DNA of 63,500 nt, filler included, from Octopus bimaculoides (taxonomy: Eukaryota), in assembly GCF_001194135.2 (NCBI RefSeq). It is 5 parts of 5 records of this genome, joined end to end, with 100 filler letters (N's around TTAATTAATTAA, not from the genome) between each part and the next. Parts side by side here need not be neighbours in the genome. Positions count along the whole stretch, not along the records: positions 56,597 to 63,500 come from NC_069010.1; 4 more parts are not named here. One strand, written 5' to 3'. Both the position numbers and the translations under genes were made by a program. Numbering within the stretch: the stretch's first letter is position 1; every line of letters starts with the position of its first letter. Shown here piece after piece: positions 62,908-63,500 of the stretch. A model generated the notes under the pieces. The model was not told the DNA's origin. It did no database searches and saw nothing but the letters and a program-made list of their open reading frames with translations.

Positions 62908-63500
62908 TTTATGTATGTGTGTGTTTGTAAGAGACAGAGTGTGAGTGAGAGAGAGAGGTTTGTTGTCATGTATACGTACATGCATAAATATACATACATC
63001 TTTGGATGTATGCATATGACAACACAGCCCTTGACTCACTCACACTCTGTGTCTTACAAACACGCACGTGCGCGCATACACACGTGTGTCTTTGTAAATA
63101 TTTTGTATACATATATGTGTGTGTGTGTTTGTAAGAGACAGAGTGTGAGTGAGTCAAGGGGTTGTGTGTGCATGTGTATGAGACAGAGTGAGAGAGCGGT
63201 GTGTATGTAGTATTTACTCTCTCTCATACACACTCACACACAAAATAGAGAGTGAAGCTTTTTTTGGCGTTGTTACGTCAATACCGGAAGTTGACATTGA
63301 GGAACCTTTTTAAAGAAGTGAATCTTAAATATAAAGCAATATTATTTATTTTTAATAAAAAAAATCAAATGAAGAGCCTAAGATTTATCCGAGGTCAAAT
63401 TATTCACGCATCACAAGTATGGAAGCATTTGGTGAAGTCGATTTCACGTGAAAAGCAATTACACACACATCTCTGTTTTATATATAGTATAGATAAATAA

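Overview
Repeat-saturated, gene-poor animal DNA with very abundant (TA)n/(CA)n/(AAT)n/(TAGA)n microsatellites and many N gaps. The SINE and microsatellite make-up suggests an octopus/coleoid cephalopod (inference, no search run). I found no intact host protein-coding gene; every recognisable ORF is a transposon remnant. These include Penelope-like elements (PLE, RT + GIY-YIG), Dong/R4, RTE and Tx1 LINEs, mariner/maT, hAT and a Helitron, plus three tRNA-derived SINE families. Four identical 100-bp spacers (44N-TTAATTAATTAA-44N) show the window is stitched from five separate scaffolds. The most interesting signals are: (i) a 530-bp TIR element with an 8-bp TSD (Merlin-like) filled with variant (TTAGGG)n repeats; (ii) several distinct families of type I hammerhead ribozyme motifs linked to PLE ends, one with compensatory base changes between copies and one with a shared non-canonical core; (iii) a B-box-like motif between a PLE endonuclease and its hammerhead; (iv) several fold-back elements and a three-level nested insertion. 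All alignments and pairings were read by eye, and outer boundaries of decayed elements are approximate.
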